Assembly: GCA_965112155.1 (NCBI GenBank)
Contig: OZ218100.1
Direction: 5' to 3' (one strand)
Source: Podarcis liolepis
Lineage: Eukaryota
Length of the DNA stretch: 64,000 nt
Part shown: positions 12,007 to 23,806 of the stretch, piece by piece
Layout of the letters: every line of letters starts with the position of its first letter
How positions within the stretch are numbered: position 1 is the stretch's first letter
Translations under genes and position numbers: made by a program
The notes under the pieces: generated by a model
The model's input: the letters and a program-made list of their open reading frames with translations, nothing else
Databases searched by the model: none
Told to the model about the DNA's origin: nothing

Positions 12007-13299
12007 CTTATAAGACAACATGCCATTGCACACTGTATCCAAGGTTTGTTCTATTTGCATGCCTGTAGTCCAAAAGCTGAATTCAGCGCTGATTGGATTT
12101 GCTTTTTGACAGCATGTGGTATTATTAGCCTCTAAAGCCTGACAGGACAATTCTATTGCACTTGTATGGGCCATATTAATTTCCTCAGTTTCATGCAAAA
12201 TCACATATTTTACTAAGTCCGTATCACTAGCATGTAAAGCTGCATCATCATCATCATCATAAATATCTATATCCTGAGTTGCAATATCCAGGAGGTCCTT
12301 TTCAATCATCCTGTCTTGGGTGTCTAATGGCTCATTAACTTCAGCGCTGTTCCTCACTTCCTCTTTGTCTAAAGTGAAATCATGTTCCCTCTCACCATCC
12401 TGAAGCCATGCTGGATGTGCTAAGAGGTCTTCTTTCAAATATGTCAGTGGACTGCAATGTCCATCTCCTTCCCCTTGGTTGCCCTCATAGTTCCAGAAAG
12501 ATTCTTGCTCTATATGTGAAGCATTCTGCAATTTTACTCGACAGTGTCCACTGGTAGGAGCACTTCTGGAGGTAAGCAATGAAATTTGATGTTCACTACT
12601 AGAAATGGTAGGAGAAAATGATCCAAATTTACCTACAAACTGATTATCGTCTATGGAAGATATGCTCCTAAATTGAGTTTGTTCCCCTTCTAGCACATCT
12701 TGTTTTTCTTCTCTTTCTGCTGGAGGACTGCACAGACCAGAGTCATCTTCTTCGGAAGTTAGAGAACTAGTCCCACATTTGACCTGGCCTGTTGCTGCTA
12801 AGTCGGACACATCAACAGTCCCAGCAAGTGAGCACTCACTTTTATTTGCATAGTCTGCAAAATTTGGTGGGACAAGCATCCTCCAGGATCTCCTATGTTC
12901 TTTCTTTTCTGTGTGATACTTTGCTTTGGGCAGGCCAGCTGTTCGAATGATGTCACTGTTCAGCTTAAGGGCATCAAAGATCATTTTTTCATCTAGCTTA
13001 TTAGCTTCCCGTCCTCTGAGTTCAAAGACACTAGAGGAGGAGAGGGCACCATTGGAGCACAATGTACTAAGGTCCAGTGTTCTATGACTATACGGCAAAG
13101 TCCGATCTGAGAAATGCCTGGAGGAGAGGCTGCCTTTAGAACCTGAGTCAATCTGTTCATTCAGCCGCACTGTGTCATAGATTGACCTCTGGGGAACATA
13201 ACAGTCCTCAATATTTATATCCTCTTCTTCTTCATCACCTTTTCCTACACAAGGAGGATTCTGGCGTAAACAGTCTGGCCTGCTCAGCGGCTTCCCCAT
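12007..13299 (-). CDS. KIAA0754-like coding exon nested in a DST intron; putative alternative first coding exon of a short dystonin isoform (431 codons)
   Basis: ORF 11923..13326; first ATG at 13299 in GAAATGG context with in-frame TAA at 13342-13344 upstream; starts MGKPLSRPDCLRQNP...IEDCYVPQRSIYDT, recalled as near-identical to the KIAA0754 N-terminus; phase-0 donor AAG|GTAATT after 12007. Confidence 0.85.
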
Positions 13300-13349
13300 T
13301 TCTGCAGGAATTAACAGATCTAGCACTGCTGCTAGGCTATCTTATTGGA

Positions 13350-14900
13350 GACATGCAACACACATAAAGTAAAAATTAAAATAAAGTAATAGAAAAGCAG
13401 TTTTTAAAAAGTACAGTAAACTTGCCCTCAGCAGAAAGATGCTTACATACTAAAACACAGGAAATAATTTATGAGGCGGTTAAGGTCGTAATCAGTGCAT
13501 CTGTGTAAGTTTACCTGGCTGTGATTTAAAACATTTCTCTCCCTGCCCCTAAAATATAAAGTGCTTGAGCTTAAGGGGGTGGGTGGGGAGAGGGGAAACA
13601 AAAAAAACCCCACACCTTTTAATATTTTAAAATACTAACTCAATGCACAAAGACACCAACAAAATGTACAAACCCCCAAACCCCAGGAAAATCTTTAAGT
13701 GGCTCAAAAGACTCAGAACTTCCCACATAGCATTCCATTTCAATTTTTAGGTCAAAATGTGTGTCTTAAATCTCCAGATTAAGTCTTCAAAATGAATCAG
13801 CATTATCGCAGGCAGCACGCTATATTCAGGAGGTGACAGATTAACTGTAATCCATTTAAATGGCTTGCAGAATTCCATCTCCTTTATAAATAAGCCATGT
13901 TGTGGACGCTTTTGAAGAAAAACAAACCAGAAGAGCTGTGGACTGTGGAGACCAAGGCACAGAGAAAGGCTTCAGGAAAAACAAACGTACATCCAGAGTT
14001 GTAATAATAATAATAAAAGAAGAAGCTTTCCCCCTTTTTTGGCAGCAGCTATAAATAACCTCGATTCCAAAGGCAGTTTATTCCTTGCTTCCTCAAAGCT
14101 TCTCTGTGGCGCGTTCAGAAGTTCCATGGGAAACACAACAGTTTTCTGAGGAGCCAGACCAATGAAATAATAATAATACAAAAAAGCAACGGAAGGGAAT
14201 TAGTAGGAAAAGAAACTTTTCCCCCAGTTTCACTCGCAGAACACATTCCTTGAAAGTTGTTGTCCTGTTTTAAGGCAACACAGCAGGAAACTAAAGCATT
14301 TCTTTCTCCACTCCGGCACAAAGGCACAACAGATTCACATTCTGTTTAAATTCAGCAGGACTTTTTTTTTTTTTTTTGCATAAACGGTGGCTAAAAGAGC
14401 GTGGTCACTGTTTTCATCTCCGTCTTGAAGCGCAGCTGTAGCGAAGAAGGCATTAAAAAGAGCTCACAACAATAAACGCTCACATGTCCTGCCCAGCGCA
14501 GCTGATAAGCTTTCCGGCTCTCCCTGGTTTCTTATGGTCTGACAGGCATCCCTCCCAATAGTGAGCTTAAAAGAAACGCCCTTTGCTATTCTTTAGGCAA
14601 CATCTGCTCCTATCGCATTCGTTCCCTGAGTATTATTCCAACCGAGCATTAGGAGGTGCCTGACCTCTTAGCTCTTCCCCCTTACGCTTCCTGCCCCACA
14701 TGACTTTACTTAGCCATCTTTCACTTTTACTGTTTGTCTTGTCTCTGAACGCGGCTGAGCCTTTTCAGGGGGAGGTGCACAAAGGAGCAAGTTCCTGTCT
14801 GCAGCACTCCTGCATCTCGGAGTCTGTGCTCTCTAATTCTGGAGGAAAAGAGGGTGGGTGGGTGGTGGCTCACAAGCAGAATGGAAAAACCGGTGCTAAT
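13350..14900 (-). promoter_or_regulatory. Putative internal promoter/5'UTR for the KIAA0754-like exon
   Basis: No recognisable transposon here; local CpG enrichment ~14380-14760; MEF2-type YTA(A/T)4TAR at 13884-13893 and 14049-14058; CAGCTG E-boxes at 14433-14438 and 14499-14504. Motif-level inference only. Confidence 0.5.
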
Positions 14901-17900
14901 TAGTTCAAAATGTCAAAAATTTAGTACATATTGCTTAACCGGGTAACCTGACACCATACAAATATGGACCAGACTGCCCAGGACCCTTCTAAAACACTGA
15001 CAAACTGCACTTATTCTGCTTCATAACAAAAATAATAATCCAGTACTTACAAATTATGCAGATTAACAGGAATCTGAATATAGTGGATGGTCACTTTTAA
15101 TGGTATGTAGCATTATAAACTAAACTAACCAGCTGTATAATAAGAATTCAATCAAATTGAATTACTTTCCACCATCACCATAAATCAATTTTAATTAACA
15201 GCCAGATCTTACTTCTGAGCAAGCCCCGTGAAAAATCTCCATAGGATTGCATCCTTCGCTCTATATTTGTAACACATGTACATTATATTCTATAATTAGG
15301 GATTTAGCCAGCAAATTGGTCTCTCTGAATGACTACAGAATGCATTCTTCATTCACAATCCAGTTAATCCAATGAAAAGGGATTTGCTTGATATTTTTTT
15401 TACACTTCCTGGCTCTCAGACAACTGCAAATCCCAACATGCAAAGAAGTGCTGCAACTTTTCAAAAATCTCACCCAATACAGTACTCCTAAAAACCACAC
15501 TATATTGAGGTAATAGCATGAGTAGTTTTACTTATTTGTTTCTGGATCTATTCAGATGGAAGGCATATTATATTTTTAATAAAATAAATAGCTAAAGCAC
15601 TAAAAAGAGTAAAAATAATACAGAGCAAGGAGAGCAGCTCATTTCTAAAAGCTGTTGGATTGTTAATTTATTTGCCATATATATACCAGCATATCTACAT
15701 ATAAAAATGCCCACATTGCTAACAACAATCATGTCCCACTAAAAATACAATGTTTCACACCACCAGCTGCAGTCACAACAAACCATATACAAAAACTACA
15801 GCAGAAAAAGTTCCCCTCCCTTGGGAAGGCAGCACTATAAGAAGGGATAGTCGAAGACAGGAGTGAAGTTTCTGGCAGTCCATTGCCATGCATATTCACT
15901 ACTCCAGATTCACTACTCTTATTGTGTGCCACAAAGGATATTCCCAAATAAAGTGCAGCAAGTGTTTTCAAAGAAGTGGCCCTAGATGGGGGGCAGGAGA
16001 CAGTATCTGGGCTCTGCTTCAAGCAGCAAAATGGGTCAGTACTGGAATGACAATGAACCTTAAGACCCTCCTTTGAAGGAAGTCTGTCACTCCCAACCCA
16101 GAATGTATTTATAGTCAGCTGAGCATGGATTTGTTGAACAGGCACTGTACATGTCCAAGGCAGCACCTGAACTGACACACGCAGCTACTCCTTCCATTTA
16201 AATGAATGGGGAAGACCATCTGGAAAGGAGCTCCATGTGAGCATTAGAATACACAGAGGGCTCTGGACAAATGATAAGGTCTGTATGCAGACAGCCACCC
16301 CAAATGTATGTCGAGTTTTTTCTTTAATGTAGTGATAGTAAATTATTATTCTTTCTTCATTTTATATTTAAGCTGCAAAACAGATGCAAATATTGAAGTT
16401 GGTGCAGCGACAAAATATAATTTTACTTTTGAAGGCGCCTGTGAAAAGAAACCACATACTTCAGGGAAGAGTTAACACATTGCACTGATTCAATCAACAA
16501 GGTAAGAGGCCACCATCTAGGACACTGACCTAAACCAATTTAAATATTAGTTCAAGCTCATCAACTGGCATATTCATCCGGGCCCAGATCTCCTATGAAG
16601 CGCAATTAGAAGGCACCTCTTGACATATATCTGAACACTGGAAATATACTGAAACGACCCTTTCCGCATCTAGTAATGGTCTAAATGGGGGAGGGGATTT
16701 AATGAGCCATTCAGTGATAGAAACTGACATAAATTCCATGTGCTTTAATAAATAAAAGAATAAATAAAGAGTGTGGCAGGTTTATGGCTGAAATATTTTG
16801 CAGACATTTCAAGGATTGTAATTACGTGGCAGAGATTGAACGCTGCTTCCCCACAACCCCACCCTAGAATGAAGTAGCTCATTAAAATGTTCAGCAAAAT
16901 ACAAACTAAACAAGGGCTTTTGTTTTTCAGGATCATCTTAGCTGGTTGGCTCTTTGTGAGGAAATGGGCATGGTGTAACCCAAGTAAAGCAAGTTCATCT
17001 GCTGATTTTTTCTTTTGCCCACGTTCATTCAATGCGTACTTTCTTTAAAGCACAAAGGTCTACAATAAAACTGAATGAAAGTGAGAGAATGAAAGAGAAA
17101 CACCATGAAATACAATATGCCAGCTACTGTAAGTAACTGAAAATGGAGCTTTGATTGGAAACACTGGAAGATTTGTTCTTGGGTAGGATTTCTGAATACA
17201 AAACAAAATCCTCTTTTCTCTATGTAAATACCGATAGATAAGATATAAGAACTACAAGCAGACAATCTTCTTCTCAACTACCCAAAAGCAATACTCGTTA
17301 AAAGTGGACTGACTACTGTTAACTGTAAAAATATATGCCTATGGACCATCGTTCTTGGTAATGATTTCAAAGGAGAGTCACTAGTCGCAATTCCAATTTG
17401 CTATTCCCTTCCTCCAATGAGCTTGGGACTACCACTTGAACTTTATTACTTTACTGTTACTTAGTGGTCTGCTTTGCACATCATGTATATCCGTTTGTTT
17501 ACTTCACAACATTTATATACCGTTGATTATAATAAAACCTCAAAGCGGTTTACAAAAAGAATAAACCAGTAACAATAACAGTATTTTTTTTTTACTAAAA
17601 ACAAGTATTTAAAACATTCAAAACAAGTAAAAACAACAATAAGCTAAAACTGGGTCCAGGCACTGTTCCAAGGCATGCAAAATTGCTCCTAATTCAGATG
17701 TTATGGCTGAGTGACACCAGCATACTTATGGTACCTGGCCACAAAACTTCTAATGGCAGCTCCCAGTCAGGAAATTGTTGCTACCAATCTAAACTATACC
17801 AGGAAATGATCGGACCATGACAAAGCAGTGCACTTCCACACCCAACCTCAGTCCATCCCTCATGTCATTTGGGGCAAAGACTACATCAAGGGTGTCTCTC

Positions 17901-19444
17901 AAATGACCATTTGAGAGAGCTGCATGGTTGTAATGAAGGCCTTAAGTCTTGAGCTCAGCCAATACAGTGGCAGCCTCTAATGGATATTGAAGTAGTCCAG
18001 AGACTACCTTGACCAGCTTGATCAAACATGCTGCTGCGAAACAGGGTAGTTGATAGACCAGCAGCATCCCCAGTCTGCTTCTTTGACCAAGCACCAGGTG
18101 CAGACCCTCTGATAGCCTGTCCCAGGATCAAGAGATTTGCTGGTAAAGGAGATGGTGCAGTTATGGACAATAGCAATACACATACCCTCAACCCCTCACC
18201 GTAGCCTACTGCTAAAACAAGGAACGGAGACCAAAAAGCTAGGTCTCTGCCTCAAATGGTGGTCGTCCACAGGAAACACGTTGGTTACAGATCATGATTA
18301 TGCTGGAGAGAGACATGCCACAAGCCCAAGTTAAGATGACAGGCTAAGTCAAACCATGGCTTAGCTCAGTCTGGTGTAGCAGCAAAACAACTGAGGAGCA
18401 GCAAGATGACCATTATCTCCTCTCTGGGAGCAGCACACTTGCACTAAGAGATGGTTTGTCTTAGTGTGGCATGAAAACCACGTCACTGTCTGAAAGAAGC
18501 CCACACCATCATCTCAAAAGGCATATACTGTGAGAAAAATCTACAATTTTGCGGTTGACTGTTGAGTTATTACTGGATAAAGTGGATAATGTGAACCACT
18601 TTTCATATTCCTATTTGTAAATGAAGCGTGGTTTAAAATGCATTTAAATATATAAAAATAGATCATACGGATTATCAGGAATAATATAATATAATTAATT
18701 AATTAATATACCGCCCTATACCCACAGGTCTCAGGGTGGTTAACAGGATAAAATCACAATATAAAAACACAAGATACATAATCAAAATAAGAACAACCCA
18801 ATAACACCCCCCCCCAAAATAATCAGAGAGGGAAAACAAAATTTAAAACACACAGTATTTGTAATAAAACATATAAAAATACCCATCAGGTATTGTCAAG
18901 GAGTATATTAAAAGATCAATTTAACTGTCTTTCAGATCAAAACATTTTAGCCATTGGTTTCCACCCCCCAATTGTAACCATTCATAGAATGGTTCATAGA
19001 AATAATAATACAAAGCTCTATATTTCTTCTTCTTGCAAACATGGGTACATATCTTCAAGAAAAAGAGAGGTCCTTCCGAAAGGACCTTCAGAAGTGTGCT
19101 ATTAAACCCATTCAAGTTGCCCTCACATAACCTGAATCGGATGCTAAAGACAAAGAAAAAGACTAATCTTTGTAGTCCAACAACAGGGATTTGTGAAGCT
19201 CTGTGTGCGACTGTTGCCAAAATGCATTGTTGCATGTGATGAACACATTCTGCCAAGCAAATTGGATCCAGACTTAGTCGTGCTTAGAGTAGATCCATTG
19301 AAATCAACAGCGCTTTAGAAATGATTTAACTTCTGTTAGTTTCCAGTGGGACTACTCTAAGCATGACTACGTGAATACAACCCAAATATGTTCTAGATAA
19401 AATGTACATGGAATGAACATGCTGAGTGTTTTCATAAATAAATA

Positions 19445-20035
19445 AATCAGAGTGTCATGCTAGGTCATGGGAGAACAAGCTTCAAATCCCCACTTGGTCA
19501 TGAAGCTCACTGGGTGACCTTGGGCTCGTCACCAATTCTCAGCCTAGCCTACAGGACTGTTGTGAGGTTAATGGAGAAGGGGGAAGCTTTATGCTGCCTT
19601 GATCTCTTTGGAGGCAAGGTGGGATATAAAGGTAAAGGTAAAGGTACCCCTGCCCGTACGGGCCAGTCTTGACAGACTCTAGGGTTGTGCGCTCATCTCA
19701 CTCTAGAGGCCAGGAGGCAGCGCTGTCCGCAGACACTTCCGGGTCACGTGGCCAGCGTGACGAAGCTGCTCTGGCGAACCGGCAACAGAGCAGCACACGG
19801 AAACGCCGTTTACCTTCCTGCTATAAAGCGGTACCTATTTATCCACTTGCACTTAAGGGTGCTTTCAAACTGCTAGGTGGGCAGGAGCTGGGACCGAACG
19901 ACGGGAGCTCACCCCACCGCGGGGATTCGAACCGCCGACCATGCGATCGGTAAGTCCTAGGCGCTGAGGTTTAACCCACAGCGCCACCCGCATCCCAAGG
20001 TGGGATATACAATGTAATAAATAATAAATAAATAT
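19445..20035 (+). mobile_element. Older tRNA-derived (MIR/CORE-like) squamate SINE interrupted by a Sauria SINE; related copies at ~47170-47370 and ~57400-57560
   Basis: ttcaaatcccc...gaagctcactgggtgaccttgggc...ttgtgagg motifs and an (AAT/AAAT)n tail at ~20015-20035. Confidence 0.6.
19629..19996 (-). mobile_element. Full-length Sauria SINE
   Basis: Same architecture as 1945-2298; 13-bp TSD AAGGTGGGATATA at 19616-19628 and 19997-20009. Confidence 0.92.
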
Positions 20036-20189
20036 ACAGTACCCCAATACACACACACGTATTGAAACACCAGTTCTCCAAGTCAGAAGTTCCCAAAACA
20101 CAATCAGACACAGAAAGAGCTTGTTGCAGTCTAAACCAAAAAAGTGCAGCGTTTACTTGTGACATTAAGAAAAAATTGTGAAAACTGTC

Positions 20190-21070
20190 AGAGAGAAAGA
20201 AGGCTTAACTTAACACAAACTGGATTTATTTTAATTAAATCCATAGTTTTATTTTTAAAAGAACATGTAAAAACACAAGCTCTAAGACCCTTAACACCTT
20301 CTGAAAAATTATTAAGCACAATGGGTAGAGCGGAGAAAGGATTAGTTTCTAAACTGTACTCTACATTGCTCAATGTAACTTATGGATCTATGCCACCCCT
20401 TAAAAAGATATGGGAACTGGATATTGGCACACAAATTATTCCCAAGGACTGGAATTAAACTTGGGCATCATGACCCTAAAAATCTGTTTCTGGTTTCCTT
20501 AGGGAAAACTTAAAAATGTTACACAGATGGTGTTGCAAGCCTTTGCAAATGTCAAAAATATTTTATTCTGTATCACCTGACTGTTAGAGGGTTTGCAATA
20601 AACTTGGCACATATTATCATTTATAGCGGGAATGTCAGTTGGTGCAAAATTTAATTTAATTTTGAGAGAAATGATAAATATCACTAAAGAAAATATTGTT
20701 TGTTGTCCAAAATTAATGTTACTGAATATTTTTTTATGATACCAAAGTAAATATATATTGTCAAAAGAACTAGTCTTATATATGATATTGACAGCATGAA
20801 TAGTAATTGCAACTCAATAGAAAACAGCCCAAATCTTACACTTTTGATATGATTTGGCATTGCTTTATGACATATACAGCGGTACCATAATTTTCAAGAC
20901 AACCTTTGTCACAAGCCTGGCAAATCTGCAACTATAGATGATCTGGTAAAGTTGAAAGTCTTTACTCTGTTATTTTAACTCATTCTACGTGCCTGTTTTA
21001 TAGTTTTGTTTTTCATCTTTTATTTTTTGTCTCTTGTTCTGTTTCATATACATTATAAAATGAAGTAATA
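20190..21070 (+). mobile_element. Degenerate L1-clade LINE fragment (ORF2 C-terminus and 3'UTR)
   Basis: Translated remnants KGLVSKLYSTLL, LKKIWELDIG...KDW and LTA*IVIATQ*K; T-rich 3'UTR. Confidence 0.6.
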
Positions 21071-21399
21071 ATTACAAACTTTACCCAAAGAGGTAACAAA
21101 ACTGTTACAATTCTTACTGCAAATTACAAAAAGAAAGCCTGAACAGGCCAGTAGATTGCTTAGACTTCAGCTCCTTAGGGATATCATTGATCCCCTTTCA
21201 AGGATGTGGTGGAGAAAGACAGGGGAAATTCTCAAACGTCTGTTCATCCCATATTTATCTGGGGGATACCTTGCAATGTTATATGGCAAGGAAAGCCTGT
21301 CACATTTCTTTTAAGAAAGAAAAGCCAGTAAAACAATACAGAAAAACAAATGGTAGTAGCACAACCACTATCATCACAGTAGGAGAGAGATCTGTTAAC

Positions 21400-21620
21400 A
21401 GCCATCAGCTACCCTCAGTCAAAGGGTTTGCAAAAGAGCTCTTAAAGAGCTTGTGAAATGTACACAATGGTGGGTCCAGACATGCTTTTCTGGGGAGGGC
21501 AGTCCAGAGCACTGGTGCCGTAACTGATATTGCCCTGTTCATTGTTCTCACCCACTGCATATCTGCCGTTGAGGAGATGCAAAGCAAGACCTCTGACTTT
21601 GCTTGGTCACACTGAATCTT
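21400..21620 (-). mobile_element. L2 LINE 3' fragment; similar plus-strand remnants at ~21770-21880 and ~33270-33400
   Basis: NRAISVTAPVLWTALP...TFHKLFKS matches the L2 ORF2 C-terminal RAFS..AP.LWN.LP motif. Confidence 0.65.
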
Positions 21621-23806
21621 AGAAATACATAGGAAAAAGCAATCCTTTAAGTACTTTTTATGACTTTCAAGTTTAAAAAACCCATCTTGGAAGCAAGTGT
21701 ACGTTAAAAAGCGGTTGCTTCCACTGCCCACTGTTATATCTCTTCAGATCCTATTGTCTGATAACCTGAAACAGGGCCTTTTCATCAGGGGAGCCCTATC
21801 TTTAGCTCAGAAGGGCTCCTTCTGTTATTTTTTTGTATGCCAGGTAAACAATGTTTCATTTGCTCAGGCCTTTATATGCCTTTATTCTACTGATTCTGGT
21901 GTTTAGCAGGCAAGAGGACCTAGTGCTGTGCTTCCCTTCTGTGCCATCTTAGGAAATGAAAGTTCATTATGGCATGGAAGTTTCTTTTGCTTTCAGCCAC
22001 TGAGTTTATCTTAGGCACACTGGATATTAAAATAAATTCTGCCAGGCAGCTTTCTTGGATGAGGGCCGGGGTTACAAGACAGAAACCAGAACTATGCTTC
22101 AGCAGAACAAATGCACAGCCAGTGGCCTGTTGCCTTTGCCTTAGCTCACCTCCACACTTCTTTGTTTTGCCCTGACTGATTAATCAGTACTTTTCTTGAT
22201 CCTGGGAACCAGGTTTGGATGAAACCTCTTGGCTGCATAATGCCTGGCATGATCCCAGGTCATGACTCTTGGGACAACCCCCTGGAATGAATGCTAATCT
22301 CAGCCTTTTTGGACCTCGCCCAGGACTCTGCTTGACCTCACCTTCACTCTGTCACAGGAGGGCTGGCTCTTCATATGGTGCACGTAGTAAATGAAATAAA
22401 TATCTGCCGCTAATACATATGTAAGCAACAGCTGTCAGAGAGGACAGTTGAATTGCAGCTTCTTCAGTTCCTCTCCCCATTGTCTTTTATTTGGAAATGT
22501 TTGATATGAACACACTACTCAGAGCAGGATCTATTTCTTCCTGCATGCCTGTGCAATGCCTCTGGGGCGTGGGATGCTGTGTTCATTGTGCTTTGTCTTG
22601 CTCTCAGGGAAAGATTATGGCTATATTCTGAATGGGTGTGGAGGTGGGGAAAGTTCAGGGCTGCTTCTGCCCTCATTCTATCCCATCATTCAGCAATCTG
22701 TTCATGAGAAGGCTCTCTTGACACAGAAGCACTGAGCCTTCTCAGCCAGGCAGTATAGTAACAATGGGAACCAAAGGAAATATAAAGATTCTTAAATAAT
22801 CCCAACTTTTTAAGTAAATTGAACGGTGTTAGTTAAGCTCTAGGGCAGTGTTTCCCAAACTTAGGTCTCTAGCTGTTGTTGGACTATAATTCCCATCATC
22901 TCTAGCTAGCAGGACTGGTGGTCAGGGATGATAGGAATTGTAGTTTAACAATAGCTGAAGATCCAAGTTTGGGAAAGTTTGCTCTGAATAACAAAAGCTG
23001 CAGTTGACAACCCTTCTGCGTGCTTGAATGGAAGCATGATTTAGTGTATTTGCACTAAATTACCATTTAAAAATTACCATTAATCATGACAGCTGTGGGA
23101 GAGGAGAGGGGAGGAGAACCCAAGAAGCTCAGCTTTGCTGGAGATCTTCAAAGCAAAATGCAGGACATTCTGTTTTAAAACAACTTAAGAATGCTTCTCT
23201 AATAACTTTTGACCAAAGAGAAGACCGTCTTCTCAGTTTCTAAATTGCTTCATGAGAACACTGAGCTGAGAACACTTCATACAACTTCAGACCACAACCC
23301 GCAAATTACTTGTAAATTCCAAGGACCCCAAACCAAAGGAGCATGTGATATCACTTCCTGTTGGACAACTCAAGTCTTATTCATTACAAGGCAAATAAAA
23401 ATGTTATGATGTAACTATTTTGCAGCAATTCCGTTTCTCCGTTGAAATTAGAGGAGGCATTTGAATTCATAAACAAACAAACAAACAAACAAAACTTGCT
23501 TATTAATAAAGCTTTAGATCTCAAGACGGGAATGCATTGGGTGGAATGTATGTTATGTTAGATCTCACTCGTCTTAAAATAGGCAAAAAGCACCCTCTGT
23601 TGGGAAACATGAAAAATGACTTTGAACACAATTCTTAAGAAACTGACTGGCTTACAAGACATGATCTATAAGCTGAAAAAGGAGGGCCAACCCAATCACT
23701 TTTCCTTGGGGGTTTAGACTAGTAAGGAGCTCACGTCACAATATTCTTACAGTTAGTTTTCATTTTACAATACAGAATTCTAAAAATTCAGAAAGGTCCT
23801 TCTTAC

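Noticed and set aside
11923-13326. Nested ORF as a transposon ORF or processed retrogene
   Set aside because: No RT, transposase or gag motifs, no poly(A) or TSD; it is on the host strand and ends in a phase-compatible splice donor
13300-13326. ORF-track start MLDLLIPAE at 13326
   Set aside because: That codon is GTG; the first ATG is at 13299 and exposes Gly2
15729-16178. 149-aa minus-strand ORF in the large intron
   Set aside because: Non-ATG start, no recognisable homology or splice structure; consistent with chance
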